A DNA stretch of 64,000 bases, taken from NCBI GenBank assembly GCA_951406725.2, contig OX597827.1, positions 45,880,001-45,944,000 of the forward strand. Direction: 5' to 3'. The stretch comes from Octopus vulgaris. Lineage: Eukaryota. Numbering within the stretch: the stretch's first letter is position 1; every line of letters begins with the position of its first letter. The position numbers and the translations under genes are program-made. A model generated the notes under the pieces. That model did no database searches. It worked only from the letters and a program-made list of their open reading frames with translations, and had not been told where the DNA came from. This document shows, one piece after another, positions 63,425-64,000 of this stretch.

Positions 63425-63711
63425 AACATACATATATACGATGGGCTTCTTTCAGTTTCCGTCTACTAAATACACTGACAAGGCTTTGGTTGGCCTGAGG
63501 CTATAGTAGAAGACACTTGCCCAAGGTGCCACGCAATGGGACTGAACCCAGAACTATGTGGTTGGTAAGCAAGCTACTTACCACACAGCCACTCTTATGC
63601 CTATTAAAAAATAGGTTGCTCTAAAGTAGAGAGCAATGCCCATATGTGTTAGAAAGATCAATTGATCTCTTCTGTCCTTGTCAAGGACATCTCTTCTTTT
63701 TTGCAACACAA

Positions 63712-63756
<45 letters not shown>

Positions 63757-64000
63757 TTTTCTAGCTTTAGCACAAAACCACAAATTTAGGGTGAAGGACA
63801 TAGCCAAATCAACCCCAGTAAGTGACTATATAAAAGGCAAAGTTGACTTGAACAGGATTTGAACTCAGAACTTAATGGGCAGTAGCTAAAAACTGCAAGA
63901 GATTTTGTCCAATGCTTTAACTACTAATTTGCCATTCTTATTAATAACTGCTTCTGAGGTGGCGTGCTGGCAGAATTGTTAGCACGCTGGACAGAATGCT

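Overview
AT-rich, microsatellite- and transposon-dense animal DNA, most likely from an octopus: the tRNA-derived SINE families and RTE 3' ends match what I recognise from Octopus genomes (recognition, not a database result). Almost all ORFs in the supplied track are microsatellite or SINE artefacts. One host gene is supported on the minus strand. Two spliced exons (16507-16412 and 11107-10990) encode a type II Golgi membrane anchor plus coiled-coil stem resembling MGAT1/GnT-I; its catalytic exons are not visible here. The rest is SINEs, RTE and Tx1/L1 LINE fragments, MITEs (hAT, mariner, piggyBac, Helentron-type) and fold-backs. Main observations: (i) five type I hammerhead-ribozyme-like motifs plus one decayed copy, mostly in short non-coding elements, one fused behind a tRNA-like Pol III head; (ii) a nested stack of hAT MITE > miniature LTR element (TRIM-like, with PBS, PPT and 5-bp TSD) > SINE/RTE insertions; (iii) an RTE ORF2 with a C4HC3 PHD finger inside the RT C-terminal region; (iv) several long inverted repeats that could be dsRNA/ADAR substrates.
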